A stretch of DNA of 31,556 nt. It comes from Bdellovibrionia bacterium (lineage in GTDB: Bacteria; Bdellovibrionota; UBA1018). Of the stretch, positions 18,510 through 29,533 are shown one piece after another. Numbering within the stretch: the first letter of the stretch is position 1; each line of letters begins with the position of its first letter. Where the stretch lies: positions 1 through 31,556 of the forward strand of contig JBMSSC010000015.1 in the NCBI GenBank assembly GCA_049424145.1, in the 5' to 3' direction. The position numbers were made by a program, and so were the translations under genes. The notes beneath the pieces are model-generated. The model made no database searches, had not been told where the DNA came from, and worked only from the letters and a program-made list of their open reading frames with translations.

Positions 18510-21179
18510 TCAAATCACGCCTACAGAAATATGAATCATGCTTGGGTCCTTCCCTGGACTCGGGTTGACCTTATGAGCCCAATCCACGCGAAACGGCCCA
18601 ACAGGAGTAACGTATTGAAACCCAATGCCGGCACCATAGTACAGCTCCGAGAGAAGCGAGTAGCGATCCATTAATAGGTTACCGGCATCCACAAAGAAGG
18701 CCACTCGAAAATCCCCCGCAAAAGGTAAACCCAGCTCCGTTCGATAGTTCACAAACGAAAGGGCCGTACCTGTTAAGCGCGACTGAAAATTTAAGTCCTG
18801 AAGCGGATAGCCTCTTAAACTTCCTGGCCCCCCCAAAGAAAATTGCTTCACCAACGGAATGGAGTCTCCCTGTAGAGGAGAGGAAAACGCCCTTTCATAG
18901 CCACTGCGGAAGCTGAAATAAAAGGAGATGTCTCGGGTGATGGGGAGGTGATAATCGGATCTCACCTGCATACGATAATAGGAGATCTGATCTCGAGCAC
19001 CGAGGGTGGGCAAAGCTAAATCAAAAAAGGCGTTGGCAAAGACCCCAGAGGTGGGCATCAGAGGATTGTCTCGTAAATCCAAACTGAGCTTCTGAGCGAT
19101 GGAACCGATCACCAATTGCTGATTATCTACGCTATTTCTTGAATTAAACTGCCGAATGCTTTCAAACAGATAGCTGAAATCAGCCACTAGATTCGGATTT
19201 GAGGCCAGCTGCTTCTGCCAGGAAGCCCCGACGGTGAAATTATTGGCTGAGAAGTTGATGTACTGAATCTGTGAGAACGAGACTTGGGGCCTAAAATAAA
19301 GCTCCCGGAAAACAAACCAAGGCCAACTGTAACTGACCTGAGCCTGCCCTTCGATGAAGTGGTAGTTTTCAAATCGGCGGTTCACAGCAAGGGTCACGCT
19401 AGCGGTATGATTTCTCCCCCAGAGATTCGTATAATCCAACTGACCAAATGCCCGCAGCCCGATATCATTTCTCCAGCCTGGACCTCCTGAGATCATGCCG
19501 CGATCCCCTTCTTGGAGGAGGATTTTTAAAACCCTTCGGTCACTGGAGTGAGGTGATTCTTTAATCTTCAGTGCCACACTGGAGAAAATCCCCAGTCTTC
19601 GCAATTTTCTCTCCGTTGCACTCATCTCGCTTTCCGAAAGAACATCGCCGTCATGCAGCGTAAGCTCGCGCCGAACCACTTCCTCCTGGGTGATCTTCAA
19701 GCCTTCAATTTCAATGTGATCAATTCGAGACTGAAGCCCCTCGTCAAACTCAAGAAGGATATCAACCGAGCGATTCTCCTGAGAGTAGCGCACCAGATTT
19801 TCATTCGCCTCACTGAGAATCCTGGCATCCAAATACCCGTGATCTCGGTAGACCTTCTTGAGCTGCTCAATTCCCTCGGAGAGGGCAAAAAGATTTAAAG
19901 GAGCTCCCGTTTCAATGCGTAAGGTTTGCTTCAGCTCGGTTTCGTTTAAAAGGTGGGCCCCTGCAATCTCAATGGAGCGGATCTGAGTTTGCACTCCCTC
20001 ATACAAATAAACCACCACATGGAGCGCACTTTTTTTATCCCGCTCCGAGAGATCCGAGCCTGAACTGGCTTGAATGGCTACGACTTTTGCGCCTAAATAG
20101 CCTTTTTGCTTCATCCAATCAATCAGACGCTCTCCTGCTTTTTGAAGCTCTTTTTCGGCATAATACCCATTCTGAATCAGCTTTGAAGCACGAGAATAAA
20201 AGATCTCTTTTAGTTCTTGAGAGGAGAAAACAAAATTCCCGTCAAAATCCAGGGATTGGATTTTCACTCGAGGCCCCTCCGTGATCAAGTAGAGAATCCT
20301 GCGCCCTTCGGAGGATTCAAACGTCTTCACTTGAATGGAGGCCATTGAATAACCTAAAGCACGGTACTCGTCTAAAATTCGAGAACGCACCACATCGACA
20401 TAATCTTTCCCTAAACCCAAAAGCCGTAATTCTTTGACCAAATCATTTAAAGCCGTCAGTGTTAAAACTGAACTTCCACGAAATGCAAATCGAACCCGCT
20501 CCCCTAATTCAATTGAAAACTGAAGAGCAATCCAGCGAGCAGCTCCGTTTTGAAGCTGCGGCATATTTTTTTTGAACTCTTGAGGAACCAGACTTTCAGT
20601 CACCTCCAGCACTCGAGCACCCACAAAACCCTGGAGGGCCAAATACTCCTGGATGTCACGCTTGATCTCGGCGATCTGATCCTGATCCAAGCGGCTCCCT
20701 ATCTTAAGCGGAATCCGAGAGCGAATCTGATCGAGGATTCGAGAAGAGTCCTGAGGGGAAGATAAAACGGCATTCACTTGGACCTGTGCCACGCGATCAG
20801 GTAGCCCTTCTCTCACTTGAAACTCTAGAACCGTCTCAAAAGAGTTGTTGGCCAACTTACGACGAATGAGCCGACTTTGAATCCTCACCTCTTGAAATCC
20901 ATGAGCGCGATAAAACTCTTGGATTTTCTCTTCCGTCTTTAAAACCTTCTCTCGTTCTAGGCGATCCCCCGGAGCAATTTCCAATAAGGTTTCAATCTGA
21001 TCTCCCGTTAAAATCGTCACCCCTGAAAATTCAATTTGATCAATTTCAATTCCGGAGACAGCGCGTAGGGAAGAATCGGCTGGAATCACTTGAAGTCGGT
21101 TGGAAGGACTCGCCACCGATTCAAGACTCTGCAGAAGGAGCGGCAAAAGGAATAGACTGGTCAACTTGAAGCGTCGCAT
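18510..21179 (-). CDS. tamA: Omp85-family outer-membrane protein (TamA/BamA-like) with multiple POTRA domains
   Basis: Signal peptide, repeated POTRA patterns (I-x-x-I-x-F-x-G...Y-x-x-x-GY/F), NLWGRNH, FSLGGPGSLRGY and YVTPVGPFRVDWA; directly downstream of tamB. Confidence 0.88.
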   Translation of the reverse strand: MRRFKLTSLFLLPLLLQSLESVASPSNRLQVIPADSSLRAVSGIEIDQIEFSGVTILTGDQIETLLEIAPGDRLEREKVLKTEEKIQEFYRAHGFQEVRIQSRLIRRKLANNSFETVLEFQVREGLPDRVAQVQVNAVLSSPQDSSRILDQIRSRIPLKIGSRLDQDQIAEIKRDIQEYLALQGFVGARVLEVTESLVPQEFKKNMPQLQNGAARWIALQFSIELGERVRFAFRGSSVLTLTALNDLVKELRLLGLGKDYVDVVRSRILDEYRALGYSMASIQVKTFESSEGRRILYLITEGPRVKIQSLDFDGNFVFSSQELKEIFYSRASKLIQNGYYAEKELQKAGERLIDWMKQKGYLGAKVVAIQASSGSDLSERDKKSALHVVVYLYEGVQTQIRSIEIAGAHLLNETELKQTLRIETGAPLNLFALSEGIEQLKKVYRDHGYLDARILSEANENLVRYSQENRSVDILLEFDEGLQSRIDHIEIEGLKITQEEVVRRELTLHDGDVLSESEMSATERKLRRLGIFSSVALKIKESPHSSDRRVLKILLQEGDRGMISGGPGWRNDIGLRAFGQLDYTNLWGRNHTASVTLAVNRRFENYHFIEGQAQVSYSWPWFVFRELYFRPQVSFSQIQYINFSANNFTVGASWQKQLASNPNLVADFSYLFESIRQFNSRNSVDNQQLVIGSIAQKLSLDLRDNPLMPTSGVFANAFFDLALPTLGARDQISYYRMQVRSDYHLPITRDISFYFSFRSGYERAFSSPLQGDSIPLVKQFSLGGPGSLRGYPLQDLNFQSRLTGTALSFVNYRTELGLPFAGDFRVAFFVDAGNLLMDRYSLLSELYYGAGIGFQYVTPVGPFRVDWAHKVNPSPGKDPSMIHISVGVI

Positions 21180-21185
21180 GGAGTG

Positions 21186-24100
21186 TTATTTAAACCTCTT
21201 TTGAAACTTCAAATCGAGCCCCAGGGAGTTGGGATTAGTGCTCGTCTGCGTTCCTAGGGTATTAGGATTAGCATTGGTTTGAGTCGTTGTAGAGGTGTAG
21301 GAGCCGTAGTTGTTATACACCCCTGAGATGGAGACATCGGGGGTTACAGAAAAATCCAAGTTAACTTGCTGATTAGCGATGCTACCAATTCCAATTGTAC
21401 TTCCTGCCGATAAGCTTAAGCGATCGCCCAGGCGTCGTCTGAGTCCGATTTTTGGAGCCACCAATGCATCGGTTTGACTTTGAGGCTTAAACGCACTGAT
21501 GCCTTGTTGAGGATTCACGGACTCATCCACCTGAACTTGAAACCCTGTTTTATCCTCAAGATCGCGATTAAAATCCAAGGAATGAAGCACTAAGGAGGCC
21601 GCTTCTCCCTGCTGAACAACGCTCAAATCATTGGCACTCAGCCGTTTGGCGTCATTGGAGGTGAGCCCCACGGCCAAAAGCGATAAGATCTCTGACTCGG
21701 GCAAAGCCGGAGTCGAGGTGAGCTCAATGCGGATCTTATCGGGCTTTCCTGAGGCAAACATCTGGATCTTCGTTCCATTCACATCCGTGCTCGCATTTAA
21801 GTCAAACTCGGGTGAGAGTTGATTGGGATTAAGAAATTTAGCTGCTGCGTTGTGAATGGTAAAAACATGGTGTTTAAAAATGAGTTTCCCGCGAAGCACT
21901 TCAGCATTTCCAACCACTCCTGGAGACTCAAGCAGGTTGACTAATTTCAGACTCCCTTTGGCCTCCACGTCACGAAAGATATCGTTTTGAATCATCACTC
22001 CCCCAGGAGCCTGAACATCGATGTTTAACTTAAACTTCGAAAAGCTCCCCTCACTGGGACGCGAAGGTGGGGGTGAGTATTGAAGCGCCTGAGTTCCGGC
22101 TGACTTTTCTCGCGAACCTAAAAACTTTTCTTTCGAAATAGCTGAAACCACCTTCACGGCCCCGTCCACCAGATAAGGTGGAGACGTTCCTCGGACGTTC
22201 ATCTCAGAATTGATTTTAGCCAGCTGAAAAGGAAAGACTTTGAGTTTTGCGCCCGATGCCATGGCTTTTAAATCCAGCTCGGGGTAACGATCCACATGCA
22301 GAAGAATCTGACCTAAAACCGAGATCTTCCCCTCCCCTAAATCGGCTTGAAGATTGGGAATTTGAATTTGACCATCTTGAATTTGAAACTGGCCCGTGAC
22401 GTTCTCAAGCGACGTTTCTAAGGAAGCCAGTCTAAGGGTTCCACCTGAGAAGCCAATGGAACCATTGATCTTAGGCTCCTTTAACGTGCCTAGGACTTTT
22501 AAATCCAACTGAGAGAGGCCGGAGGCATAAGCCAGCGTTGATGAGAAAAACTGAGAAAAAGACAAATCCAACTCCCCTGTGATGGCGCCTTTGAGTACTC
22601 CTTCAGTGCTTGAAAGCTGGAGGTGGGTGTCTCCCCCTTTTCCATGAATTCCTAAATCGGGGATCTGAAAACTCCCCTGACTCACCTTGGCTTGGATGGG
22701 GCGAATGAGTTCAAACTTCGTGTCGGATCGCCCCAGTTCGTACTCCGAGATAGAAAAAGAACCATTGGCTTTTTCACTTTGCCCGGAATGAAACTTCAGC
22801 TCAAGAGCGCCGGAGAGGTATCCCAAAAGTCTCGGGTCCTGAATGGACTTCGAGTTAAACAGCATTAAAATTGGGGAAAAGTCCAGTCGATTGAGTCGAA
22901 GGAGAACAGAGCTCCATTCCTTAGAATTGAAGTCATATTGACTCTCGAAAACCCCTTGATCACCCATGATCTGGGCGGAAGAATGGATTGAACCATTTTT
23001 CGTCGTGAGCGAAAATTGAGACTCAGGAGCTAAACGACCCCGAACCTTAAATTCAGAGAGTTGCACTTCGGTGGAAGAAGTAATTTGAGCTCCAAGGCCC
23101 TGCCCTTGAGTGGCCACTTGGAGCTTGCCTCGAATGGGGACATTCAGCTGAGCGATGTAATCCAAATCATTCAGACTGAATGCTTGGGTCTCCAACTTCC
23201 AGTCATACCCCTGATGCTCACTGTAGCTGATTCGGCCTGAAATCAGACCTGACCTCTTTTTCAGTTGAACCTGGGAGAGCTCATATTTTCCGCGATCAAA
23301 CCCACCGGCCAAAAACACGGTTTGAAAGCGCTCACCCCAAGTCTCCCAGTTGGATCCCTGAAGCTCGGATTGAATTTGAATCTCAGACAGCCTCAACCCC
23401 CCATTCACCCGAATCCAACCCTGAGTGGATCCATTGAGATCATGCGGAAACCAGCCCAGCGGATCAGTCAGTCCCCGAAAGACATCAATTAAATCCTTCA
23501 CATCCCCTGGATGAACATTCACCTGAAGGTGAGCCTGATTGTCGTGCGAAAAATCCAAGTCCCCATCGACCGTGAACTGGCTTTGCGCCTTGGTGAGCAC
23601 GGCCTTTTGAAAAACAAGTGCATTCTTCCCGTCATCCCAGAGGATCTTCCCCTGGACGTTCCCTAAGTGAAGTCCCAGATAGGAAGCATTTTTTGCGTCC
23701 ACATCCATGTCCACTAAAACATGCGAGGAGGGTCCCACCACTTGAAGGGCTAAGGTGCCCTGACCCTCAATGGGATTCTCAGCGATCTGGCCCAAATCAG
23801 CTAAGTCCACATTGCCCAAGGCGCGTAGGTCGTAACCCGCTTTAAAATCCACTTTGCCACTTAAGTTTAAGCTGGTGTGAGGAAGACTGACCTGGAGATT
23901 CTGCGCCCGAACAGCTCGAGAGTCCACCCAGAGGCCACCTCGGAGTCGAATGGAGGGCAAATGAAACACTCGCTTTAAGGGCTTGGAGACCCCCCAACGC
24001 TGATTGTCCAAACTGAAATTCTCCAAAGCGGCATCCAACGACGCACTGACCTCCCAACCCCGCGTGGCCGTCGGAGGGACCACGGTGGTCAGTACGGAAC

Positions 24101-25355
24101 CTGTGAGTCGAAAATCTAAGGGGTAGATGGACTTCAAGGCAGGTTGAGCTAACCAATGAAGATGGGCCTTTTCAAAGGAAAGGGGCAATAGAATTGGGGC
24201 CGAGGAACCCCAAACCCACTTCACAGGACCGAGCTGAATTTTTCCTCCGCCGCCTGGCTGAGACCCCCCGGCTCTTTCCGTGATCGGAGCGGACGCAATG
24301 AGTTTTTCCACGCTCAGTTGTCCACCCTGCGCATTGGACTCCCAAGCTCCACGCATTTGAAGCGAGCCCAGGGTGAAGCCTTGGATGCTAGGATCCTGGA
24401 GCTCACCCTCCAGCTCAGCGCGCAGGGTTGTGAGCGGGTCCTTGAGATTGAGCTGAAACCGGGAGGAGATGCTGCCCTGGCCCTTGAGCTTGAGCTTTTC
24501 AAGCTGGTCTGGGGAGAGACCATGGAGGCATGAAGGGAAATCGCCTTGGAGTCGAACCTCTCCTTCTGCAGGCAGGCTTTTGGACTCAAACACATTGCCC
24601 TTGACTTGGAGTTGAGCCTGGAGGCTCGCTCCCCGCTGCGCGAGATTCACCTGCTCAACGGTCAGTCCTAGGGCATTGACAAAGGCTCGTCCCTCTAAGA
24701 CCTCAACCTGCTCAGGCACCCAGGCTGAGAGTTTCTGACTGAATCCTTTTTGGTGAAGGTCCAAGAGTTTAAAGTCAAGAAAGTACCCCAAGCCCCCTTT
24801 ACCACTCCATTGTGCCAGCTCGAGGTGAGGGATTTGGGCTTGAGCCGTTTCACCCGAGTCCTGAAAAGAGAGCTGAAGTCGGGTGTCTTTCAAAAGAACG
24901 GACTCTGCTCGGACTTGAAAGAGCTCATCCCAATGGATCCCAAAACTCGGCGTGAGTACGGGGGTCCGATGAGCAGAAGGCAGTTGGGAGGCCAATTTCA
25001 GGTGGATCTTACCCTGAATGAGGGTAACGGTATGAACCCGAACGTGACCTGAGAAAATCTGAAACGGATGAAATGAGAAATCCATCCGGTCCGCCTGAAG
25101 TTCGGTTCCTGCTTCCAGGGGCTGGATTTTTCGCGTATGCAGGACCACCTTCGGCTGATGAATGGAAAAACCGGGAGGAAAAAACTGGACCTGGATTTCT
25201 GAAAAATCCACCTCAAGTCCTAACTCTCGGGGCAGGGACTGGGAAACCAAGGACTTCAGAGCGTTGGCAAAGGATGGGGTTTGAGTAAACCATAAAAGGC
25301 CTGCAATCAGCCCCCCGACGATGAGAATGAAGAGAAAAAAAGGCTTTCTGATCAT
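21186..25355 (-). CDS. tamB: Translocation and assembly module TamB (AsmA-like, DUF490-type C-terminus)
   Basis: N-terminal membrane anchor, long beta-rich body, LTSTPALPESEILSLLAVG motif and a terminal GLDLKFQKRFK beta-signal. Confidence 0.88.
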   Translation of the reverse strand: MIRKPFFLFILIVGGLIAGLLWFTQTPSFANALKSLVSQSLPRELGLEVDFSEIQVQFFPPGFSIHQPKVVLHTRKIQPLEAGTELQADRMDFSFHPFQIFSGHVRVHTVTLIQGKIHLKLASQLPSAHRTPVLTPSFGIHWDELFQVRAESVLLKDTRLQLSFQDSGETAQAQIPHLELAQWSGKGGLGYFLDFKLLDLHQKGFSQKLSAWVPEQVEVLEGRAFVNALGLTVEQVNLAQRGASLQAQLQVKGNVFESKSLPAEGEVRLQGDFPSCLHGLSPDQLEKLKLKGQGSISSRFQLNLKDPLTTLRAELEGELQDPSIQGFTLGSLQMRGAWESNAQGGQLSVEKLIASAPITERAGGSQPGGGGKIQLGPVKWVWGSSAPILLPLSFEKAHLHWLAQPALKSIYPLDFRLTGSVLTTVVPPTATRGWEVSASLDAALENFSLDNQRWGVSKPLKRVFHLPSIRLRGGLWVDSRAVRAQNLQVSLPHTSLNLSGKVDFKAGYDLRALGNVDLADLGQIAENPIEGQGTLALQVVGPSSHVLVDMDVDAKNASYLGLHLGNVQGKILWDDGKNALVFQKAVLTKAQSQFTVDGDLDFSHDNQAHLQVNVHPGDVKDLIDVFRGLTDPLGWFPHDLNGSTQGWIRVNGGLRLSEIQIQSELQGSNWETWGERFQTVFLAGGFDRGKYELSQVQLKKRSGLISGRISYSEHQGYDWKLETQAFSLNDLDYIAQLNVPIRGKLQVATQGQGLGAQITSSTEVQLSEFKVRGRLAPESQFSLTTKNGSIHSSAQIMGDQGVFESQYDFNSKEWSSVLLRLNRLDFSPILMLFNSKSIQDPRLLGYLSGALELKFHSGQSEKANGSFSISEYELGRSDTKFELIRPIQAKVSQGSFQIPDLGIHGKGGDTHLQLSSTEGVLKGAITGELDLSFSQFFSSTLAYASGLSQLDLKVLGTLKEPKINGSIGFSGGTLRLASLETSLENVTGQFQIQDGQIQIPNLQADLGEGKISVLGQILLHVDRYPELDLKAMASGAKLKVFPFQLAKINSEMNVRGTSPPYLVDGAVKVVSAISKEKFLGSREKSAGTQALQYSPPPSRPSEGSFSKFKLNIDVQAPGGVMIQNDIFRDVEAKGSLKLVNLLESPGVVGNAEVLRGKLIFKHHVFTIHNAAAKFLNPNQLSPEFDLNASTDVNGTKIQMFASGKPDKIRIELTSTPALPESEILSLLAVGLTSNDAKRLSANDLSVVQQGEAASLVLHSLDFNRDLEDKTGFQVQVDESVNPQQGISAFKPQSQTDALVAPKIGLRRRLGDRLSLSAGSTIGIGSIANQQVNLDFSVTPDVSISGVYNNYGSYTSTTTQTNANPNTLGTQTSTNPNSLGLDLKFQKRFK

Positions 25356-25370
25356 CCGATTCTCACCCCT

Positions 25371-26321
25371 TTAGATTGGCTTTCCTAAGGTTAGATCCAG
25401 GTTCCGATAGAACGGATCGAGCCTTTTGACTTCTTGATAAAATTGAGTAGCTAAACGCTCCTGCCCAATCGACTGGTGAGCACGTGCCAGCCAATAATAA
25501 ACTTCAATTCGAGCCTCCATAGGAAACTCAGACTCACGGAGCAAGGGCTGAAGCCGAGAGAGGACTTCAAACGGCCTCCCCAGACGCAGCAGGGTTTCAG
25601 CCGTAAGACAGGCTGAGGCCAACCGAGCAGGCCCATTCATCGCCGAGCCTGCTTTCTTATGGGATTGATCAAAGAAGTGGCAGGCCAAAGTAAAAAGCTC
25701 CATTTCGAAAAAAGCAATTCCCACATCCATCCAGTCTTGAGGATCTGAGGAAAAGAGCTGTCTTTCAAGGTGTGGGGCTTCTCTGGCTTCGTCTAAAGTC
25801 TGAGCTGAAGCCAAGTTTTCGCTCCAACGCGCCCCAGAGGAGGAGACAGTGGGCGCGACCAAGAGGCCCAAGTCAAAGTCTTCATCGAGCTTGCGCAGCA
25901 AAAGATCTGGATCGTCTGCGTGAGTCGGGCTGGGAGTGGCGCGGGTTTGCTCCTCTCGTGCAGATAACCTTCTTTGAAGCGGTGCGCCTGAGAAAATTTG
26001 TTTCAACTCCCTCTGCTGGAGGGTGACCATCAGATCCATGGCAGGCCTATAGTTGGGATCGACCATCAGAACCTGATGGAGGACCTTTTTGGCATCCGAA
26101 ATGAGGTTCTCGTTCAAGAGAATCTGAGCGCTTTGAACGGATTCCTGAAGAGCCGAGGTGCGATCCGGGTGACTTGAGGGGAGCGGATCTTTTGGACTCG
26201 GATTGACCTCAGAGGATTCTGTGGTGGCTGAAATCTGAGCGGTTTTTTCAAATAGATCCTCCCCTAAATCAACCGTCGTGAAATCTTCTAATTGACTAGA
26301 ATCGTCGGATTTATTGGTCAT
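25371..26321 (-). CDS. TPR protein, probable Bd2492/SgmX orthologue (MglA effector)
   Basis: C-terminal TPRs (DVGIAFFEMELF..A; EVYYWLARAHQSIGQ..A...Y..V...DPFYRN). Its position between accC and tamB matches the known synteny. Confidence 0.7.
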   Translation of the reverse strand: MTNKSDDSSQLEDFTTVDLGEDLFEKTAQISATTESSEVNPSPKDPLPSSHPDRTSALQESVQSAQILLNENLISDAKKVLHQVLMVDPNYRPAMDLMVTLQQRELKQIFSGAPLQRRLSAREEQTRATPSPTHADDPDLLLRKLDEDFDLGLLVAPTVSSSGARWSENLASAQTLDEAREAPHLERQLFSSDPQDWMDVGIAFFEMELFTLACHFFDQSHKKAGSAMNGPARLASACLTAETLLRLGRPFEVLSRLQPLLRESEFPMEARIEVYYWLARAHQSIGQERLATQFYQEVKRLDPFYRNLDLTLGKPI

Positions 26322-26345
26322 GGTAAATTTAGCGCTAGTCTAAAT

Positions 26346-27713
26346 TTACTCGTATTTCGGCAGAAATTCTTCCAAAAAGTGCGTATCGTAATCGGCTTCC
26401 CGAAATTTCTTACTGGCCAGAATTTTTTTATGAAACGGGATGTTCGTCTTAATTCCTTCCACCACAAACTCATCGAGCGCCAATTGCATCTTAGCAATCG
26501 CCTCAGCTCGAGTGGGGGCATGAACAATGAGTTTCCCAATCATAGAATCGTAAAAAGGAAGCACCTTGTACTGATCATAGACAAATGAATCGATTCTCAC
26601 GCCAAAGCCGCCAGGGAGATGCAATCCAGTGATCTTCCCAGGCGAGGGAGCGAATTTTTCAGGGTCTTCAGCATTGATTCGACATTCAATGGAGTGGGAT
26701 TGAATGCGAATATCCGATTGACGAATGGAAAGCGGGACCCCAGCAGCAGAGCGGATTTGCTCTTTAATCAAATCAATGCCGGTGACCATCTCCGTGACTG
26801 GATGTTCCACCTGAATCCGGGTGTTCATCTCCATGAAGTAAAAGCGTTTATCTCGATTATCGAGGAGAAACTCAACAGTGCCCACGTTCTGGTAGTCCAC
26901 TGCTTCGCACAGACGCAAAGCGGCCTCTCCCATTTTTTGGCGAATCACGGGATCGAGCACAGGACTTGGGGATTCCTCCAGAATTTTCTGATGCCGCCTT
27001 TGAATCGTACAATCTCGCTCGCCCAAAGAGATTCGGTTGCCAAATTGATCGCAGAGGACCTGAATCTCCACGTGACGAGGGTTCTCGCAGTACTTCTCCA
27101 AGTACATGGCAGAATTCCCAAAGGCTGCAGCCGCCTCCGCACTCACGCGCTCAAATGAGGACAAAAGCTGTTGCTCATGGTGAACAATGTGAATGCCCCG
27201 CCCCCCTCCTCCAGCGGCTGCTTTCAGAATCACCGGATAGCCAATTTTTTTGGCCTCCTCACAAGCCGCTTCGGCATGGGGAACAGCAGAAAGAGTGCCG
27301 GGTAAAAGCGGTACCCCAGCCTTTCGGGCAATGGCTCGAGCTTGGGTCTTCTCTCCCATGGATTTGATGTTCGCCTCAGTGGGACCAATGAAGGTCACCT
27401 TACACTCCCGACATAAGCGCGCAAACTCGGAGTTTTCCGAAAGAAACCCGTATCCCGGATGAATGGCGTCGGCTCCCGTGATATCTGCAGCAGACAGGAT
27501 GTTGGCAATATTGAGGTAACTGAGTTTCGACTGAGCAGGCCCGATACAAACGGCCTCATCCGCAAGCTTCACATGAAGCGAGTGCTCATCGGCAACCGAG
27601 TAAACTGCTACGGTTGAGATTCCCAACTCACGACAAGCTCGAATGATTCTCAGGGCAATCTCACCCCGGTTGGCAATTAAAACTTTCCGAAAAAGAGGCT
27701 CTGAAGCTGTCAT
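26346..27713 (-). CDS. accC: Acetyl-CoA carboxylase biotin carboxylase
   Basis: KVLIANRGEIA, HPGYGFLSEN, GGGGRG, RDCTIQRRHQK and EMNTRIQVEHPVTE. Start is ATG 27713 or TTG 27725. Confidence 0.98.
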   Translation of the reverse strand: MTASEPLFRKVLIANRGEIALRIIRACRELGISTVAVYSVADEHSLHVKLADEAVCIGPAQSKLSYLNIANILSAADITGADAIHPGYGFLSENSEFARLCRECKVTFIGPTEANIKSMGEKTQARAIARKAGVPLLPGTLSAVPHAEAACEEAKKIGYPVILKAAAGGGGRGIHIVHHEQQLLSSFERVSAEAAAAFGNSAMYLEKYCENPRHVEIQVLCDQFGNRISLGERDCTIQRRHQKILEESPSPVLDPVIRQKMGEAALRLCEAVDYQNVGTVEFLLDNRDKRFYFMEMNTRIQVEHPVTEMVTGIDLIKEQIRSAAGVPLSIRQSDIRIQSHSIECRINAEDPEKFAPSPGKITGLHLPGGFGVRIDSFVYDQYKVLPFYDSMIGKLIVHAPTRAEAIAKMQLALDEFVVEGIKTNIPFHKKILASKKFREADYDTHFLEEFLPKYE

Positions 27714-27721
27714 CGGGGAAC

Positions 27722-28288
27722 TCAAGGCTCAAGGATAAAAAGAGGCTCACCGAACTCAACCGGCTGCCCGTTTTCCACTAAAACCGACTTAATCTGACCG
27801 GCAAACTCCGCCTCAATTTCGTTCATGAGTTTCATGGCTTCAATGATGCAGAGCACATCACCTCGCTTCACCGACTGCCCTTCACGAATGTAGGGGTCCG
27901 CATCAGGCGAGGGGGCTCGATAGAAGGTCCCCACAAACGGAGAGAGAATTTGTTTTCCTGAGCCACTTGCAGTCTTCGGATCTGAGGCTTTCGACTCCGA
28001 AGAACCCGCTTGGCTTGCGAGCGCAGGTAGTGAAGGAAGAACCGGGGCTGCAACGTGAGCCTGAGGGCGATAAATGGCCGCTTCTTCTGTCACGAGCGTT
28101 TGCGTCAGGGCATGGCGAGACCTCAGCTTCAGGCGCTCTCCATTTTTTTCCCATTCCAACTCCGCAATCTCATTTTTCCCCATCAACTCAACAAGGCCCT
28201 CGAGTTGAGTTAGGGAAAGAGAATGATGGATCTCAGGATGATGTTCACGTTTGACTTTTGGAGAATGAGATGACTTTTTCTTTGCCAC
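27722..28288 (-). CDS. accB: Acetyl-CoA carboxylase biotin carboxyl carrier protein
   Basis: [22 protein letters not shown] biotinylation motif and [11 protein letters not shown]. Confidence 0.97.
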   Translation of the reverse strand: MAKKKSSHSPKVKREHHPEIHHSLSLTQLEGLVELMGKNEIAELEWEKNGERLKLRSRHALTQTLVTEEAAIYRPQAHVAAPVLPSLPALASQAGSSESKASDPKTASGSGKQILSPFVGTFYRAPSPDADPYIREGQSVKRGDVLCIIEAMKLMNEIEAEFAGQIKSVLVENGQPVEFGEPLFILEP

Positions 28289-28289
28289 G

Positions 28290-28853
28290 TTATTTATTCG
28301 CCTTCTCGACGTAGGTCTGATCCCGGGTGTCGACTTTAATCAAATCGCCTTCCTTCAAATGAAAAGGAACGGCCACGGTGGCTCCGGTCTCAAGCTTCGC
28401 AGGCTTCGAGCCCCCGGTGACGGTATCTCCTCGAAACGAGGGCTCCGTCTCCACAATCTTTAAGACCACAAATGTGGGTAGCTCCACTCCGATGGGTCGC
28501 TCATTAAAATACATGACTTTAATGACGAGATTTTCTTGTAAGAAATCTTTTCCAGAGCCCAGCTGTTCTTCACTGAGTGCCACCTGCTCGTAGTTGGCAT
28601 TATTCATAAAGTGATAGCCTGCTGCATCGTGATAGAGGAACTGCATCTCTTTTTCTTCAGTGTTGGCACGATCCAACTTGTCACCTGAGGTGATGGTTCG
28701 TTCGATGACGTTTTGGTTGAGCATGTTCTTGAGCTTTGTGCGAGTGAAGGCGCGGCCCTTGCCTGGACTGACATGCTGAAAGTCCACAATTTCGTAGGGG
28801 ATACCTTCTATCTCAACTTTGAGACCTTTTCGGAACTGATTGGTAGCGTACAT
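28290..28853 (-). CDS. efp: Elongation factor P
   Basis: [10 protein letters not shown] loop, RGDT and [15 protein letters not shown]. Confidence 0.98.
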   Translation of the reverse strand: MYATNQFRKGLKVEIEGIPYEIVDFQHVSPGKGRAFTRTKLKNMLNQNVIERTITSGDKLDRANTEEKEMQFLYHDAAGYHFMNNANYEQVALSEEQLGSGKDFLQENLVIKVMYFNERPIGVELPTFVVLKIVETEPSFRGDTVTGGSKPAKLETGATVAVPFHLKEGDLIKVDTRDQTYVEKANK

Positions 28854-28859
28854 GCTTCA

Positions 28860-28888
28860 TAGGTATCCGAGACCGATACCCGTGTCAA
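28860..28888 (-). promoter_or_regulatory. Candidate leaderless promoter of efp
   Basis: Perfect TTGACA (28888-28883)-N17-TACCTA, 6 nt before ATG 28853; no SD. Confidence 0.5.
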
Positions 28889-28889
28889 C

Positions 28890-29531
28890 TCAGACTAAGC
28901 GGGGAGAAAGCGGATTTACGCCTTGGATTTCAGCTCTGACTCGGTATCGCTCAAGCTTTTGGAGGACGCCTTGAAGGGTTTGGATTTTCGAAATACGCCC
29001 TGCCTTTAAGGCCTCAGGATCCTCCCCAAACGCCGAAGGAGCCGACTTCACACTGAAATCAGGCAGAACCTCAGGCTCGGGAGGATCGCTGCGGAGAGTC
29101 AACACCCCCCTCTCGTAAGCCTGAGATTCAATTTCTTGCACTAATTTTGCCGTTTCCTCATCCTGCGGAACGAAATAAAGCAGCATTTTGTAAGCCTCTA
29201 AGGCAGCAGGGAGGTTTCCCAAAATCAACTGGGATTCGGCCACGAGCTTTTGAGCTACCAAGTTATCCGGATGATCCAAGATGAGCGAAGAAAGCTCGTC
29301 GATGACTTGCTGATACTGTTTTTGATCAAAAAGGGCTCGAGCCAAAGCCACCCGTCCTCCGGTGAAATGAGGGTGAATCTGAAGGCCTTCTCTTGCAATT
29401 TCAATGGCTTCATCGACTAAACCCGCTTTCCGATAGGCTTCAGCAAGCGGGGCGAACACCCTTGAGCGAGGATCCTCTTGGTATTTCTTTAAATAACGGT
29501 AAATGAGCGGATGATCGGGAGATTTGGACAT
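28890..29531 (-). CDS. TPR protein downstream of pilQ
   Basis: DPRSRVFAPLAEAYRKAGLVDEAIEIAREGLQIHPHFTGGRVALARAL TPR repeats. Confidence 0.85.
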   Translation of the reverse strand: MSKSPDHPLIYRYLKKYQEDPRSRVFAPLAEAYRKAGLVDEAIEIAREGLQIHPHFTGGRVALARALFDQKQYQQVIDELSSLILDHPDNLVAQKLVAESQLILGNLPAALEAYKMLLYFVPQDEETAKLVQEIESQAYERGVLTLRSDPPEPEVLPDFSVKSAPSAFGEDPEALKAGRISKIQTLQGVLQKLERYRVRAEIQGVNPLSPRLV

Positions 29532-29533
29532 GC

